Shown here piece after piece: positions 44,205 to 55,700 of a stretch of DNA of 64,000 nt (position 1 is the stretch's first letter; each line of letters starts with the position of its first letter). The DNA lies in assembly GCA_030704665.1 (NCBI GenBank), contig JAUYID010000009.1:522460-586459 (forward strand). Reading direction: 5' to 3'. The notes under the pieces were generated by a model. That model did not search any database, was not told the DNA's origin, and saw nothing but the letters and a program-made list of their open reading frames with translations. The position numbers were made by a program, and so were the translations under genes. The DNA comes from a bacterium (GTDB lineage: Bacteria > Patescibacteriota > Microgenomatia > Woykebacterales > RBG-16-39-9b).

Positions 44205-46142
44205 TCACTCTGGATCTTGAAGCTTGGGGAGTTTTTTTGGAAAGCGAATTTTATTGAAAATAGGTGGGTAAATCAAGAACAAGAAGACAAGACCAAGGAG
44301 ACTAAGTAGAGAAACTGGGTTGACTGACAAAAAGAATGGTTTGACCAAGGCGGTCTGGTTGAACTCCTGCCTGGTTTCCTCTTTTCCAGCAAAACCAACA
44401 ACCGCTACTTTAATACTTTGCTTTTTTGTGCTTATTAAACTACCGGTGTTTAGTTTTATATCATAGGTTTTACTTTCGAAAGGCAAAAAAGCCTCTTCCT
44501 CAACAGTGTTGGGCGAGTTCAGTCTTGCTCCGGGAACTTCAAAGTAAATTTTTGGTCTCAAAATTGCCTGCCCGGTCGGGTTTTTGATCGTAACTTTGGC
44601 ACTTGAAGGTAAACCACCCAGAACATTGTTAAGGTTGAAAGTAGCCTCAAGTCTCGGTTCTGGTTGGGGTGGTTCGGGTGCAAAAGACACCTCCAGATCA
44701 TCGTTTTCGGCTCCGGTTATTTTATAGCCTCCAGCTGGTATTGGAGTTTGGCTGGAAAGACCGTGAATCGCAAAAACGATGTGGTTGGTATCAAGTTTGT
44801 CAAAGTAGTTCACTCCCCCGGTAGTAGATCCCCAAGTCGGGTCGATTGCAATCCAGCGCTTTTCGTCTTGATCGTAATATTGCGGCCAGGCGTGGAGAAT
44901 GTTTGTCGCTGACAAACCACCAACTTTGATCGGACGAGTATCAGTGTTGTCGGTGTAGGCATAGCCTTCTAACTCGCGAGCTGGAATTCCCGCGGCCCGT
45001 GCCAAAGCGATGAAGAGATCGGTATAGTCAGTACAGATTGCATTGGTCGGTTGTTGCAAAGCCTTGACTGCCCCGAAACGATCCGTTGTTGGCTGATCGA
45101 GCCTCTGGTAGTTGTATTTCAACAGTGAGGTCACATAGTTGTAGATATTACGAGCAGTTTTCAACTCCTTAGCTTTTTTCTGGATCATCGAATTCTCAAC
45201 TTCCCAGTACTTCTGAGCCACTAAGTACTTTTTCAGTTCTGCCTCACTAGAGGCTTGAACTGTTTGTAGTTTTTCGGTTTGGTCGGAAAGTCTGGCAAAA
45301 CCCTCGACTTCTATTTCCAGCTGAGCACGTCCTTTGATCGAATACTCTGCCAAATAATTTCCGTCCCCATCCAAATAGAGTCTTTTGGGTTGCGGAGAAA
45401 TTCTTGAAATCAGAATTTGCTGCTGATCAGTATCCGGAGGAAGAGCAATAGTTCCAAGAGCGGAAAGAAGATTGTTGTTTTTGAGACGGTATTTTAGTTT
45501 GAGCTTAAACTGCTGGGTTGAGCCAAAAAGAGCCGAGATATTGGAATCTTTATCTGCTTTACCAAATTTGTAAGTTCCTTGAGAAGAGTCAACCTTGCTG
45601 CTAGCTGGATCAGGGGTGATAGAGTGCAGAGGCCCAAAACTTTTCGGGACGATCAGACTCAGTTGGTAACTATCAACTTGCTCGGGCGTGGCCACTTTGG
45701 GTAAATTAACTTCCCAGATCAGACCATGCTTGATAGCCAGATCGTCAATAGTGTAATTGATTGTTATCCGGGCAGTTTTGCCCAAACCAACCACAATTTC
45801 TTTGGCAATTGCTTTGATAGTGGTGGAAGTTTTGTTTTTTTTGGTTGTAACTGCAAGAACGCCGGCCCGGTCTGTGGCGGAGACTGCTGAAACGCGGGTT
45901 GAACCAATCGTCAAGCCGTACTCCTGAATTCGATTGTCTTCAGTCTTGTTTTTGAAAGTTACCGTTTGCTTGACCCGAGCTCGACCGGAGCTGTCAAATT
46001 TGAAAGTTATATCGTAGCTAGTACTAAAACAATCGGCTCCTTCACAAGCAAAAACTTGAGTCGGTTGAAAAAAAGGGAAAAGAAGTGAAAACGTTAGTAA
46101 TAGAGGCAGGAAAATTTTTTGCAGATATTTTTTAGGAAACAT
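44205..46142 (-). CDS. Secreted/membrane transglutaminase-like domain protein
   Basis: AICTDYTDLFIAL.RA.GIPAR, HAW, DPTWG catalytic triad. Confidence 0.88.
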   Translation of the reverse strand: MFPKKYLQKIFLPLLLTFSLLFPFFQPTQVFACEGADCFSTSYDITFKFDSSGRARVKQTVTFKNKTEDNRIQEYGLTIGSTRVSAVSATDRAGVLAVTTKKNKTSTTIKAIAKEIVVGLGKTARITINYTIDDLAIKHGLIWEVNLPKVATPEQVDSYQLSLIVPKSFGPLHSITPDPASSKVDSSQGTYKFGKADKDSNISALFGSTQQFKLKLKYRLKNNNLLSALGTIALPPDTDQQQILISRISPQPKRLYLDGDGNYLAEYSIKGRAQLEIEVEGFARLSDQTEKLQTVQASSEAELKKYLVAQKYWEVENSMIQKKAKELKTARNIYNYVTSLLKYNYQRLDQPTTDRFGAVKALQQPTNAICTDYTDLFIALARAAGIPARELEGYAYTDNTDTRPIKVGGLSATNILHAWPQYYDQDEKRWIAIDPTWGSTTGGVNYFDKLDTNHIVFAIHGLSSQTPIPAGGYKITGAENDDLEVSFAPEPPQPEPRLEATFNLNNVLGGLPSSAKVTIKNPTGQAILRPKIYFEVPGARLNSPNTVEEEAFLPFESKTYDIKLNTGSLISTKKQSIKVAVVGFAGKEETRQEFNQTALVKPFFLSVNPVSLLSLLGLVFLFLIYPPIFNKIRFPKKLPKLQDPE

Positions 46143-46147
46143 TACCT

Positions 46148-46528
46148 TCAATCTTTGACCCAATTTTTTACTTTAGAAGAAATTTGTTCGGGTGAGAATT
46201 GAGATTTTATTAAATATTCATTGGCTCCCAAAGTTAGGCCCTTTTCGATCATATCTTGTTCATCAAAATTGGAAAGAATAACTACAGGAATATCTTTTGT
46301 TGCTTCTTCGGCACGTAAATGCTGGAGAACTTCAAAGCCATCCATCTCCGGCATTTTGATGTCAAGGTAGATCAGATCAGGTTTTTCTTTCAGCGCCTTG
46401 TCTAGACCTTCTTGACCCGACTCGGCGGTAAACACTGTATAGTCATCCAAAGTAAGCTTTAGTTTGTAAAGCTCCAAAACTTCCTTCTCGTCTTCAATTA
46501 GCAAAACCTTGATTTTTTCTTCAGCCAT
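46148..46528 (-). CDS. Single-domain response regulator
   Basis: LLIEDE...PDLIYLDIKMPEMDG...GANEYLIK. Confidence 0.92.
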   Translation of the reverse strand: MAEEKIKVLLIEDEKEVLELYKLKLTLDDYTVFTAESGQEGLDKALKEKPDLIYLDIKMPEMDGFEVLQHLRAEEATKDIPVVILSNFDEQDMIEKGLTLGANEYLIKSQFSPEQISSKVKNWVKD

Positions 46529-46559
46529 TAGAGTAAAAGGTGAGAAAAGTCTAGCATAA

Positions 46560-48632
46560 TTAGCTTTGCAACGCAACCACAGGCAACCCAAAAGAAAAAA
46601 CGCTCCCGCTTCCCGGAGTAGAAACCAAAGTCAGCCGACCACCGTGCATCTCAACTAGTGATTTGACAATGAAAAGACCCAAACCGGTACCGCGATTTTC
46701 TTTAATGTAGCTACCAGGAACTTGCTGAAATTTTTCAAAAATCTTCGCTTGCAAAGAGGGGGGAATCCCGACCCCATTGTCCTCAACCACAGTAACTATG
46801 TTTTCCGTCTCAATTTGAGTCCGAATTTTTACTTTACCGTGCTCCCGATTGTATTTGATTGCATTGTCAATCAAATTCATCAAAACTTGCTTCATTTTGT
46901 CTCGATCCACCAAAACCAGTTTTCCGTCCGAACCCCGGTCCAAGTCAAGATCCAAATCAATTGCTAGTGAGTCCGCCAAAGGTTTCATCTCGGTAAAGAC
47001 TTCACGGATCAATTCAGTCAAATTAACTTTGCGCAAACGCAATTTAAGTCTTCCTTCCTCAATACGGGAAACGTTTAGCAATTCTTCAACTAGACCAGTC
47101 AAGCGCTTAGTTTCCTTGTAAACTTTTCTGATCGCTTCAAATTGCTGGTGACGAGCAACCTCTTCGGCCGGATCACCCAAATCTCCATTTAGTATTAAAG
47201 ACAAATAACCGTTGATCACGGTCAACGGGGTACGCAATTCATGCGAGGCAATTGAAACAAATTCTGATTTAGCGACGTCAAGTTCTTTCAAACCAGTGAT
47301 GTCACGAATCACGCCAATACACTGAATGACCTTTCTGTTTTCACCTAAAATTGGTGTGTAGGACGTTCCCACCCATCTTTCGGTTCCCTCTGGAGCGCTG
47401 TGAATGTGCTCGTCATAAGGAATTGGCTCAAGAGTCTGATAAACTTTTCTGGCTGGAGAAAATTCGGGAAAGTAGTGTCCATGGGCATCGTGGCAACCAA
47501 AAACTTCATAGGCGTATTTGCCGATTGCTTCCTTTTCTTCAATTCCGGCCATCAACTCACAAGCTCCGTTCATGGCTAAGATTTTCATATCCTTGTCCAT
47601 AATATAAATTCCTTCTTCGACATTTTCAAAAATTGCCTCCCAACGGTTTCTTTGTCTTTCAACCTCAAGTAAGTTTTGGCCAATTTCTTCAGCTTGCGCT
47701 TTGAGAATGCTAACATCTCGAAAACTACCGATCATTCCCAAAACATTTTTCGCCCGGTCAACAATTGGGATATAGTTTGCCTCGATGTACTTGACAGGGT
47801 GAGAATGAACCTTAATCATGATGTTGGTCACTGCTTGACCAGAAAAGACTTTCTTCTGCGTCTCCCAGCTATCATCCGATCTTTCCTGGAAATGGGCGAA
47901 ATACTTGTCCCGATGCTTAAGGATCTCCTCCCTAGTGACTCCAACCAGGCTAGTTTTTATTCCAAAAAGTTTTTCGAGAGAAGGGTTGGTATAAACAACT
48001 CTCCCTTCTTTGTCGTAAAGAGTTAATCCATCTCGTGTGTGGTTGTAAATCAAATCCATTTTGTTCTTCTCTTCTTCCAAGTGATTTTCGATCCGCTCTC
48101 TATCTTCTATTTCTCTTCTCAAGGCTTCGTTAGTTTTCTGAAGATCAACAGTTCGATCAAAAACTCTTTTTTCTAGTTCCGCATGGGAGATTTGTAGCTC
48201 TTCTGCAACACGCTTCTGTTCAGTAACATCAGTGGAAACCACCGTGAGGGCAACAATTTTTTTGTCTTTTCGAATTGGACCCACATTACTGCGATACCAA
48301 GCCTTTCCCCCCTCAAAGGCTGGTCCCTCAACTTCGTAAGTCTGGGTTTTCCCAGTCTTGAAAACTCGGGCAAAGGCCTTTTTCATGATCGGTCGGTATT
48401 CTTTGTCCACGTAGTCAAAAGAGCTTGAACCAAGTACTTGTTCGTATGTCAGACTCGGGACCAGACGATTAATGAATTGAATTGCACCTTTGCGGTCAAC
48501 TGTAAAAATGAAGTCGGGGACGTTTTTGACAACAGAATCAAAAAGCTCCTGGGTAAGCGTCGGGGTTTTTTCAGAGGCTGGCTCTTTTTTAGTTTTTTCG
48601 CTTCTTTTCATTGCTGGAAGTTTCTTCACCAA
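46560..48632 (-). CDS. Cytoplasmic multi-PAS sensor histidine kinase
   Basis: Three PAS-like repeats; SHELRTPL, NLIDNAIKY, DNGVGI, GTGLGL. Confidence 0.93.
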   Translation of the reverse strand: MVKKLPAMKRSEKTKKEPASEKTPTLTQELFDSVVKNVPDFIFTVDRKGAIQFINRLVPSLTYEQVLGSSSFDYVDKEYRPIMKKAFARVFKTGKTQTYEVEGPAFEGGKAWYRSNVGPIRKDKKIVALTVVSTDVTEQKRVAEELQISHAELEKRVFDRTVDLQKTNEALRREIEDRERIENHLEEEKNKMDLIYNHTRDGLTLYDKEGRVVYTNPSLEKLFGIKTSLVGVTREEILKHRDKYFAHFQERSDDSWETQKKVFSGQAVTNIMIKVHSHPVKYIEANYIPIVDRAKNVLGMIGSFRDVSILKAQAEEIGQNLLEVERQRNRWEAIFENVEEGIYIMDKDMKILAMNGACELMAGIEEKEAIGKYAYEVFGCHDAHGHYFPEFSPARKVYQTLEPIPYDEHIHSAPEGTERWVGTSYTPILGENRKVIQCIGVIRDITGLKELDVAKSEFVSIASHELRTPLTVINGYLSLILNGDLGDPAEEVARHQQFEAIRKVYKETKRLTGLVEELLNVSRIEEGRLKLRLRKVNLTELIREVFTEMKPLADSLAIDLDLDLDRGSDGKLVLVDRDKMKQVLMNLIDNAIKYNREHGKVKIRTQIETENIVTVVEDNGVGIPPSLQAKIFEKFQQVPGSYIKENRGTGLGLFIVKSLVEMHGGRLTLVSTPGSGSVFSFGLPVVALQS

Positions 48633-48737
48633 AAACTAACCATCTAGGTGGTTATTTTACAACTATCTTACAACCTTTTGTTATAGCCCTACTATAAACT
48701 TATTTTCTTGGGAAATCAAGCAGGAGAGTTGTAAAAT

Positions 48738-51566
48738 TTATTTTTGGCTGACCAAAGGCTTTAAATAAGCTCCGGTAAAAGACCTTGCTTGCTTGGCAAT
48801 CTTCTCCGGCTCCCCACTTGCCACTAGTTCCCCTCCCCGTACACCACCTTCTGGCCCCAGGTCAATGATCCAATCGGCAGTACGAATCACGTCAAGGTTG
48901 TGCTCAATGACGAGAACACTGTTTCCCACTTCAACCAGTCGGTGTAAAACAGTCAGAAGATTTTCAATGTCAGCAAAGTGCAGCCCAGTGGTTGGCTCAT
49001 CGAGAATATAAAGCGTCCCACCAGTACTTCTTTTGGCCAACTCAGTTGCCAACTTAACCCGTTGGGCTTCCCCACCCGAAAGAGTGGTCGCCGGCTGACC
49101 CAAGCGGATATAGCCAAGTCCAACTTCATCTAAAGTTTTTAGTTTCGAGGAAATAGCCGGAATGTTTTCAAAAAAACTGACTGCTTCGGAAACAGTCATG
49201 TTCAAAACCTGAGAAATGTTTTTACCTTTGTAAAAAATTTCTAAAGCCTCACGGTTGTAACGCGCCCCAGCACAAACTTCGCAAGTCACGTACACATCCG
49301 GCAAAAACTGCATCTCTACCTTGATAACACCATCCCCTTGGCAGTTTTCGCACCTTCCTCCTCTGACGTTAAAAGAGAACCTACCAGGTTGGTAACCCCT
49401 GGTTCGGGCTTCAGCGGTTTTTGAAAAAATGTCCCGAATGTAGATAAAAGCTCCGGTGTAAGTTGCTGGATTCGAACGTGGGGTACGACCGATTGGGGAC
49501 TGGTCAATGGCAATGACTTTGTCAATCTTTTCCGTGCCAAGAATTTCTTTGAAAGCTCCGGGTCGGTCCTTGGCACGGTAAAACTTCGCGGCCAGTGCTT
49601 TGTAAAGGATGTCCCAAATTAAAGTTGATTTTCCTGATCCAGACAAACCGGTGACGCAAACAAATTTGCCAAGCGGAATTGAAACATCAATTTTTTTCAA
49701 ATTGTGTTCGGCAGCACCAACTATTTTGATCTCACCTACCTCAGCTCTTTTCTTCGCAAAACTTTTTCGGCTCACCACTTTTTTCCCAGAGAGAAACTCT
49801 CCGGTGATTGATTTTGGGTTCCTGGCGATATCATCTGGTCTTCCTTGGGCAACAATTTCCCCACCGTTTTCACCTGCTCCCGGACCAACGTCGACGACCC
49901 AATCCGCAGCCCGAATTGTTTCCTCGTCGTGCTCAACAACAATGACGGTGTTGCCCAGTTCTCGCAGTTTTTTCAGAGTCTCAATGAGCTTTGAATTATC
50001 TCGCTGGTGTAAACCAATCGAAGGCTCGTCAAGGACGTAAAGAACACCCGAAAGCCCAGAGCCGATTTGGGAGGCAAGACGAATTCTTTGTGCTTCTCCT
50101 CCGGCCAAAGTCGCCCCAGTCCGGTTTATAGTCAAATAGTCCAAACCAACATTAATTAAAAATTTCAACCTTTCCTGAATCTCTTTTAAAACTTGTTTCG
50201 CTACCAAAGCTTCATTTTCTGCTAGTTTAAGATTGCTGAACCAGTCCGAAACTTGAGAAATTGCTAGTGCGGAAACTTCAACAATTGATTTATTCTTGAT
50301 AGTAACAAAGGCAGCTTCTTTTTTTAAGCGACTACCGAAGCAAAGGTCACATACTTCCTCCCGCATGTATTTTTCAATTTCCTTTTTGACCCAATCACTT
50401 TCTGTTTCCTGATAGCGGCGTAGCATCTCAGGAACCACTCCTTCAAAAGTAGTTGAGAAGCGGATATTGCGCCCGAAGCGGTTGCGTCCAGAAACTTCAA
50501 GAACATCCTGCGAAGAGCCGTACAGAACTTTGTCTAGGATATCTTTGGGCAAATCTTTGATTGGAGTACTTAAAGAAAAGTTTAGCTCGGTGGCGAGAGC
50601 CTCGAGGCGGCGGGCGGTCCAGTTGTCATGGGCAAGAGTTCGGCTCCAGGGAATGATTGCCCCCTCGCTGATTGATAAAGTCTTGTTGGGAAGAACCAGC
50701 TCGGGATCAACCGTAAGTTTGGTCCCCAAACCAGAACAGCCCGGACAAGCCCCGTGGGGTGAATTAAAAGAAAAAGTTCTTGGCTCAAGTTCGGGCAAAG
50801 AAACGTCGTGCTCGGGACAAGAAAATTTCTCTGAAAAAAGCCGATCCTTTTCACCTTCAACGTTGATATGAATCAAACCCTCCCCAAGTTTAAGAGCCAC
50901 TTCAACCGAATCAGTCAGCCTCTGTCTTTCAATCGGCAAAACCAGTCGATCCACGACAACTTCAATGTTGTGGATTTTGTAACGATCAAGACTAGGAGTT
51001 TCGTCAATTTCGTAAACTTTCCCATCGACACGGGCTCGTACAAAACCCTTTTTCTTCAAATCCAGGAAAACCTCGTCATAAATCCCCTTCCTGCCTTTGA
51101 CGATTGGGGCAAGTAGCAAAATTTTCTTGTCCTTTTCTAGACTCAAAATTTGATCAACTATTTCCTGAGTTGACTGAGCTGCTATCTCCTTTCCATCCAC
51201 CGGGCAATGAGGATGCCCAACTCGAGCCCAAAGCAAACGCATGTAGTCATAAATTTCGGTGATGGTGCCAACTGTCGAACGTGGGTTTTTCGAAGCCGAC
51301 TTCTGGTCAATAGAAATTGCCGGTGAAAGCCCTTCGATCTGATCGACATCGGGCTTTTCCATCAAACCTAAAAATTGGCGCGCGTAAGCTGAGAGAGATT
51401 CAACGTAGCGGCGCTGCCCTTCCGCATAAATCGTGTCGAAGGCGAGTGAACTTTTCCCCGAACCGGAAATGCCGGTGATAACAACCAAAGAGTTTTTGGG
51501 AATTTCTAGATTCACATTTTTGAGATTGTGCTCACGGGCGCCGCGAATGACGATTTTGTCTACCAT
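48738..51566 (-). CDS. uvrA: Excinuclease ABC subunit A
   Basis: [23 protein letters not shown], two ABC modules with zinc fingers. Confidence 0.97.
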   Translation of the reverse strand: MVDKIVIRGAREHNLKNVNLEIPKNSLVVITGISGSGKSSLAFDTIYAEGQRRYVESLSAYARQFLGLMEKPDVDQIEGLSPAISIDQKSASKNPRSTVGTITEIYDYMRLLWARVGHPHCPVDGKEIAAQSTQEIVDQILSLEKDKKILLLAPIVKGRKGIYDEVFLDLKKKGFVRARVDGKVYEIDETPSLDRYKIHNIEVVVDRLVLPIERQRLTDSVEVALKLGEGLIHINVEGEKDRLFSEKFSCPEHDVSLPELEPRTFSFNSPHGACPGCSGLGTKLTVDPELVLPNKTLSISEGAIIPWSRTLAHDNWTARRLEALATELNFSLSTPIKDLPKDILDKVLYGSSQDVLEVSGRNRFGRNIRFSTTFEGVVPEMLRRYQETESDWVKKEIEKYMREEVCDLCFGSRLKKEAAFVTIKNKSIVEVSALAISQVSDWFSNLKLAENEALVAKQVLKEIQERLKFLINVGLDYLTINRTGATLAGGEAQRIRLASQIGSGLSGVLYVLDEPSIGLHQRDNSKLIETLKKLRELGNTVIVVEHDEETIRAADWVVDVGPGAGENGGEIVAQGRPDDIARNPKSITGEFLSGKKVVSRKSFAKKRAEVGEIKIVGAAEHNLKKIDVSIPLGKFVCVTGLSGSGKSTLIWDILYKALAAKFYRAKDRPGAFKEILGTEKIDKVIAIDQSPIGRTPRSNPATYTGAFIYIRDIFSKTAEARTRGYQPGRFSFNVRGGRCENCQGDGVIKVEMQFLPDVYVTCEVCAGARYNREALEIFYKGKNISQVLNMTVSEAVSFFENIPAISSKLKTLDEVGLGYIRLGQPATTLSGGEAQRVKLATELAKRSTGGTLYILDEPTTGLHFADIENLLTVLHRLVEVGNSVLVIEHNLDVIRTADWIIDLGPEGGVRGGELVASGEPEKIAKQARSFTGAYLKPLVSQK

Positions 51567-51634
51567 AAAAAGAGTAAATAAGCCGAAAAATTCTACCAGA
51601 AAAAGCAAGTTGAAACAATATCTAGGAGCTAAGT

Positions 51635-53008
51635 CTAATGTTTTTTAATAACAAAATAGGCAAGATTAGGTTCTTCGGTAAGAGTATCAATTTTGCGAAA
51701 ATCGTCACGATAAACCCCTTCGAGAGATACGCCCTTAATTTTTTCAACTACAAATAGTACCTCTCTTAAGTACCACATTTTTTCTGTCATTGACTCACGT
51801 TTCCAATCTGACCAGGCACCGTCAGGATCACGAGTTCTTATAAAAACATCAAAGTTAATAAAGTTCTTTTTTGTGTCCTGATGGTTCAGCCAAATTCGGT
51901 GAAACCTCTCAGTCGCGAAGATAGTAATTGGTTGGGAATAAAAATCAATTTGCCAGCCTTGGAAAGTCCTGATATCAAAGACCAAAATTCCGTCTTTATC
52001 CAAAATATTTACTAATCGTGAAACCATCTCCTCAAGTTGTATCGGATTTAAAGCAAAATTTGAACTGTAGTCAGTCCAAACTACCGCCGCTGCAGGTTTG
52101 TCAATACTCACAGTTCGTATATCAGCCTCGAAAAGTTCAATGTTCGGATAACCAGCACTTAATCTAAAGGCTTCGGAAAGCATAGGTCGAGAATTATCAA
52201 AAGCTTTTATTTTGGAAAAACCCTGTGAAACTAGTTGTCTTGCAAGTGCTGCCGTACCGCAAGCCGCCTCTACTACCAACGCATCTTTGGGAATTTTATA
52301 ACTTTCAAGAATTTCTTTGGCAAACCTTGCTACACCAGATTGTATATAATCTGGACTATCCTCATTGTAAACAGGGGCAAAAACTGCCCAGGCCGGCTGT
52401 TTTTTGAGAGATCCAAGCTTCTTTTCAATTTCAGCAGCTACTTTTTCGGGGTTTGTATCTGCCTCTCTAGCCCATTCCCCAAACTGTCCTGGCTCCTGCT
52501 TGGCGAGCTGTCGAAGTCTTGCTAAAGCAATAGAGTGGAGACTATCCGCCGAAGTATCTAAAGTCTGCATTGAGTTTTCGGAACGCCCGCTTAAAGCGTT
52601 TTTCAAGAAGCCCGCTACAATTCCTTTGGCTTCTTCTTCAGTTTCATAGGAATTACCTTGAAGCAAGTCATGGGTAATATAAGAACTGAAATCTTTGCCT
52701 TGAGCTAAAATTAATGTTGGTTTATGAAAAAGCAGGGCCAGCGTTAACTCATGACCCACTCTAATATCTTCTTCCGTTGCTTCGATAATTACCACATCAG
52801 CAGAGGCAATTCCTTGCCTAATAAAGGCGTAATGGGCTTGTTCTTTATTTAAGCCTTGGCGCTGTAGTTTATCGAGAGAAGCAAAATACCGATTAGTGTC
52901 TTCAGGGGTAATAACCCGATCACTTTTCCTAATAGTAGCAACAATAGCATCTATAAAGGTTTGATAGTGTTTTTTGCCGGAGAACGGAGTCGTGAAGAAA
53001 ACATTCAT
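51635..53008 (-). CDS. Fusion: nucleoside 2-deoxyribosyltransferase/Rcl-like N-domain plus class I SAM methyltransferase
   Basis: N-part: FFT...ADVVIIEAT....VGHEL.LAL...KPTLIL; C-part: VVEAACGT...AFDNS..ML...ADIR...GILVFD. Confidence 0.72.
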   Translation of the reverse strand: MNVFFTTPFSGKKHYQTFIDAIVATIRKSDRVITPEDTNRYFASLDKLQRQGLNKEQAHYAFIRQGIASADVVIIEATEEDIRVGHELTLALLFHKPTLILAQGKDFSSYITHDLLQGNSYETEEEAKGIVAGFLKNALSGRSENSMQTLDTSADSLHSIALARLRQLAKQEPGQFGEWAREADTNPEKVAAEIEKKLGSLKKQPAWAVFAPVYNEDSPDYIQSGVARFAKEILESYKIPKDALVVEAACGTAALARQLVSQGFSKIKAFDNSRPMLSEAFRLSAGYPNIELFEADIRTVSIDKPAAAVVWTDYSSNFALNPIQLEEMVSRLVNILDKDGILVFDIRTFQGWQIDFYSQPITIFATERFHRIWLNHQDTKKNFINFDVFIRTRDPDGAWSDWKRESMTEKMWYLREVLFVVEKIKGVSLEGVYRDDFRKIDTLTEEPNLAYFVIKKH

Positions 53009-53033
53009 AATACAAAAACTATAGCATAGGGAA

Positions 53034-55049
53034 CTAGATCTTTTTCCCCTGAGCAGTGATTGTCTTTGGAACCGCAACCTCTTCTTTTTTAAGTTCCATG
53101 ATTTGGTCGCGGATCAGTGCGGCGCGCTCAAACTGCAGATCTTCGGCTGCCGCTTTCATCGTTGCTTCTAGATCCTTGATCAGTTTTTTGACTTGATCAG
53201 CGGGAACTTTGGTCAGATCCAGTTCTTCAACTGTGGTTGCCTCCGGCTGGATCTCACTCAAACGCTCCCCAATGTCATGCAAGGCTTTTTCGACAGTTGT
53301 CGCGGTGATGCCGTGGTCTTCGTTGTATTTGATCTGAACCGCCCGCCGCCGGTCAGTTTCGCTGATAGCTTCCTTCATTGAACCAGTGACTCGGTCAGCA
53401 TACATTATTACTTTAGAATTAACTCGACGAGCCGCCCGTCCGATAGTCTGGATTAATGAAGTTTTGTTGCGCAGAAAGCCTTCTTTGTCCGCATCCATGA
53501 TCGCCACCAGAGAAACTTCAGGTAAATCCAGTCCTTCTCTGAGCAAGTTCACCCCAACTAAAACATCATAAATTCCCCGCCGCAAATCTTTCAAAATCTG
53601 AACTCTCTCGAGCGTATCAACCTCAAAATGGATGTACATGACCTTGATCTCCCGTTCCTGAAGGTATTCGGTCAAGTCTTCGGCCATCCGCTTTGTTAAG
53701 GTTGTCACCAAAACTCTCTCGTTTTTCTTGACCCTTTGGTCAATTTCGGAGATCAAATCGGGAATTTGCCCTTTGGTGCCTCGCACTTCAACTTCAGGAT
53801 CAACCACGCCGGTCGGACGGATGATCTGCTCGACCACTTGAGTAGATAAAGAAATTTCGTAGTTCTGCGGGGTGGCGGAAGTGTAAATCACTTGGTTGAG
53901 TTTGCGGAAAAACTCATCGTAGCTCAGAGGTCGGTTGTCCAGCGCCGAGGGCAAACGGAAACCGTGATCAATCAAGGTTGTTTTCCGTGCCTTCTCTCCG
54001 TGCCACATTCCCCGTACCTGCGGCAAGCTCATGTGTGATTCATCGACAATCAGTAAAAAATCTTTGGGAAAATAATCTATCAGTGTGTACGGCGCCTCAC
54101 CTGGCGCTCGATGATCGAAATAGCGTGAATAGTTCTCAATTCCGTTGCAATAACCCAGCTGCTCCATCATTTCCAAATCATAGTTGGTTCGCTGTTCCAA
54201 TCTTTGCGCCTCAACCAATCTGTCATTCTTTTTTAAATACTTCAGCCTTTCGGCAAGTTCTGCTCGAATTTGCTTGATTGGGCTAGCAATATCTTCCTCC
54301 TCCATCTGATAGTGACGGGTGGGAAAAATCAAAATTTCTTCAAGCTCTTCTTCGAGATCAAAGCTAGTCGCGTTGAGTTTACTTATTTTTTCAATTTCAT
54401 CACCGAAAAAACTGACGCGGAGAGCAAACTGTTCGTAGGCGGGATAAAGCTCGAGAATGTCCCCTTTGATTCGAAAAGTTCCACGCCGCAGATCAGTATT
54501 GTTGCGCTCGTACTGCAAATCAATCAAGCGTTTGGCCAGGTCTCCAAGTAAAAATTTCTGGCCTTTCAACAAACCCACTGTGCTTTGGCGGTAAGCAACT
54601 GGGTTGCCCAAGTTGTAAATGCAGGAGACTGAAGCGACAATAATGACGTCTTTCCTGGTCATTAGGGCTTTGGTTGCCGCCAAACGCAGTCGGTCAATTT
54701 CCTCATTGATATCGGCATCTTTTTCAATGTAAAGATCGATTTTGGGAACATAGCTCTCGGGCTGATAATAATCATAGTAACTGACAAAATATTCCACCGC
54801 GCTTTCAGGGAAAAACTCGCGAAATTCCGCAGCTAGTTGAGCGGCCAAAGTCTTGTTGTGGGCTAGAACCAAAGTTGGCTTCTGGATCTGATCAATGACA
54901 TTGGCAATCGTGAATGTTTTGCCCGTACCCGTGGCTCCAAGCAAAGTCTGGTGTTTATCGCCGCGTTGGATTCCGGCCACAAGTTTTTCGATCGCCGCTG
55001 GTTGGTCTCCGGTAGGAATAAAGGGCGCGTGCAGTTTAAATTTGCCCAT
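53034..55049 (-). CDS. uvrB: Excinuclease ABC subunit B
   Basis: GDQP.AI, GATGTGKT, YYDYYQPE, NLLREGLDLPEV. Confidence 0.97.
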   Translation of the reverse strand: MGKFKLHAPFIPTGDQPAAIEKLVAGIQRGDKHQTLLGATGTGKTFTIANVIDQIQKPTLVLAHNKTLAAQLAAEFREFFPESAVEYFVSYYDYYQPESYVPKIDLYIEKDADINEEIDRLRLAATKALMTRKDVIIVASVSCIYNLGNPVAYRQSTVGLLKGQKFLLGDLAKRLIDLQYERNNTDLRRGTFRIKGDILELYPAYEQFALRVSFFGDEIEKISKLNATSFDLEEELEEILIFPTRHYQMEEEDIASPIKQIRAELAERLKYLKKNDRLVEAQRLEQRTNYDLEMMEQLGYCNGIENYSRYFDHRAPGEAPYTLIDYFPKDFLLIVDESHMSLPQVRGMWHGEKARKTTLIDHGFRLPSALDNRPLSYDEFFRKLNQVIYTSATPQNYEISLSTQVVEQIIRPTGVVDPEVEVRGTKGQIPDLISEIDQRVKKNERVLVTTLTKRMAEDLTEYLQEREIKVMYIHFEVDTLERVQILKDLRRGIYDVLVGVNLLREGLDLPEVSLVAIMDADKEGFLRNKTSLIQTIGRAARRVNSKVIMYADRVTGSMKEAISETDRRRAVQIKYNEDHGITATTVEKALHDIGERLSEIQPEATTVEELDLTKVPADQVKKLIKDLEATMKAAAEDLQFERAALIRDQIMELKKEEVAVPKTITAQGKKI

Positions 55050-55084
55050 TGGAATTTCTATTGTAGCTCAGAAGTAAAGAAGTA

Positions 55085-55700
55085 CAAGAAGTGAGGAAGC
55101 GCAGCCAGAGGAAGTGTAACATTGAGTTTCCTCTTTGTTCACTTTTCTAGCTGCGCTCGTGCATCAGTGGCGGACCCAGGATAAGTCGCTGAACCGGCCA
55201 CGTGTTGCTTAGTTGGCAGGAGTCTGAGTGTACTTTCCGAACTGAACCCAGACCAGCTGCGACCGCGAATGCTGAAAGCATCCCGATTCCGTAGTCCCTC
55301 TCCTGCCTTCTGCTTTCACTTTGGTACGGAGGTTAACCGCCAACAGCACCAAAGTTTCCGCCTTTCTCACTGGAAGCAACAGATTTTGGTCGCTCAACCA
55401 GGTTGTAGTTGGGGTGGAGTCAGCGGCTGCCTTCGAACGCAATCTCTCATAGTTGCACTCATTGGCGCACAGACCTGACTCCCCGAAAGAACGGCCAGAC
55501 AGGAGGTCCTGTCGGCACGGAAAAAGCGGATGAAGAGACTGGCTAGTAACTCTCAAACTTGACGGGTTCGGAAAGTGCGGGCGTGGTGCCCTTGAAGCGC
55601 AGTCTCGTCTCCGGTCTCAAATCCAAAGGTCACCGCTGCCGAGGATTTTCATCCATAAGCGGCGACACGTCAGATTGATCCCAAATTTCTTCCGAACTCT
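55085..55700. ncRNA. Candidate large structured non-coding RNA of unknown family
   Basis: More than 10 local and long-range helices; no credible ORF; TATAAT on the minus strand at 55701-06. Confidence 0.5.

Noticed and set aside
55524-55580. Group II intron domain V-like stretch (AAGCGGATGA...CTCTCA...CGGGTTCGGAAAG)
   Set aside because: The lower stem does not pair; there is no matching GTGCG 5' end at a plausible distance, no RT ORF and no interrupted gene.
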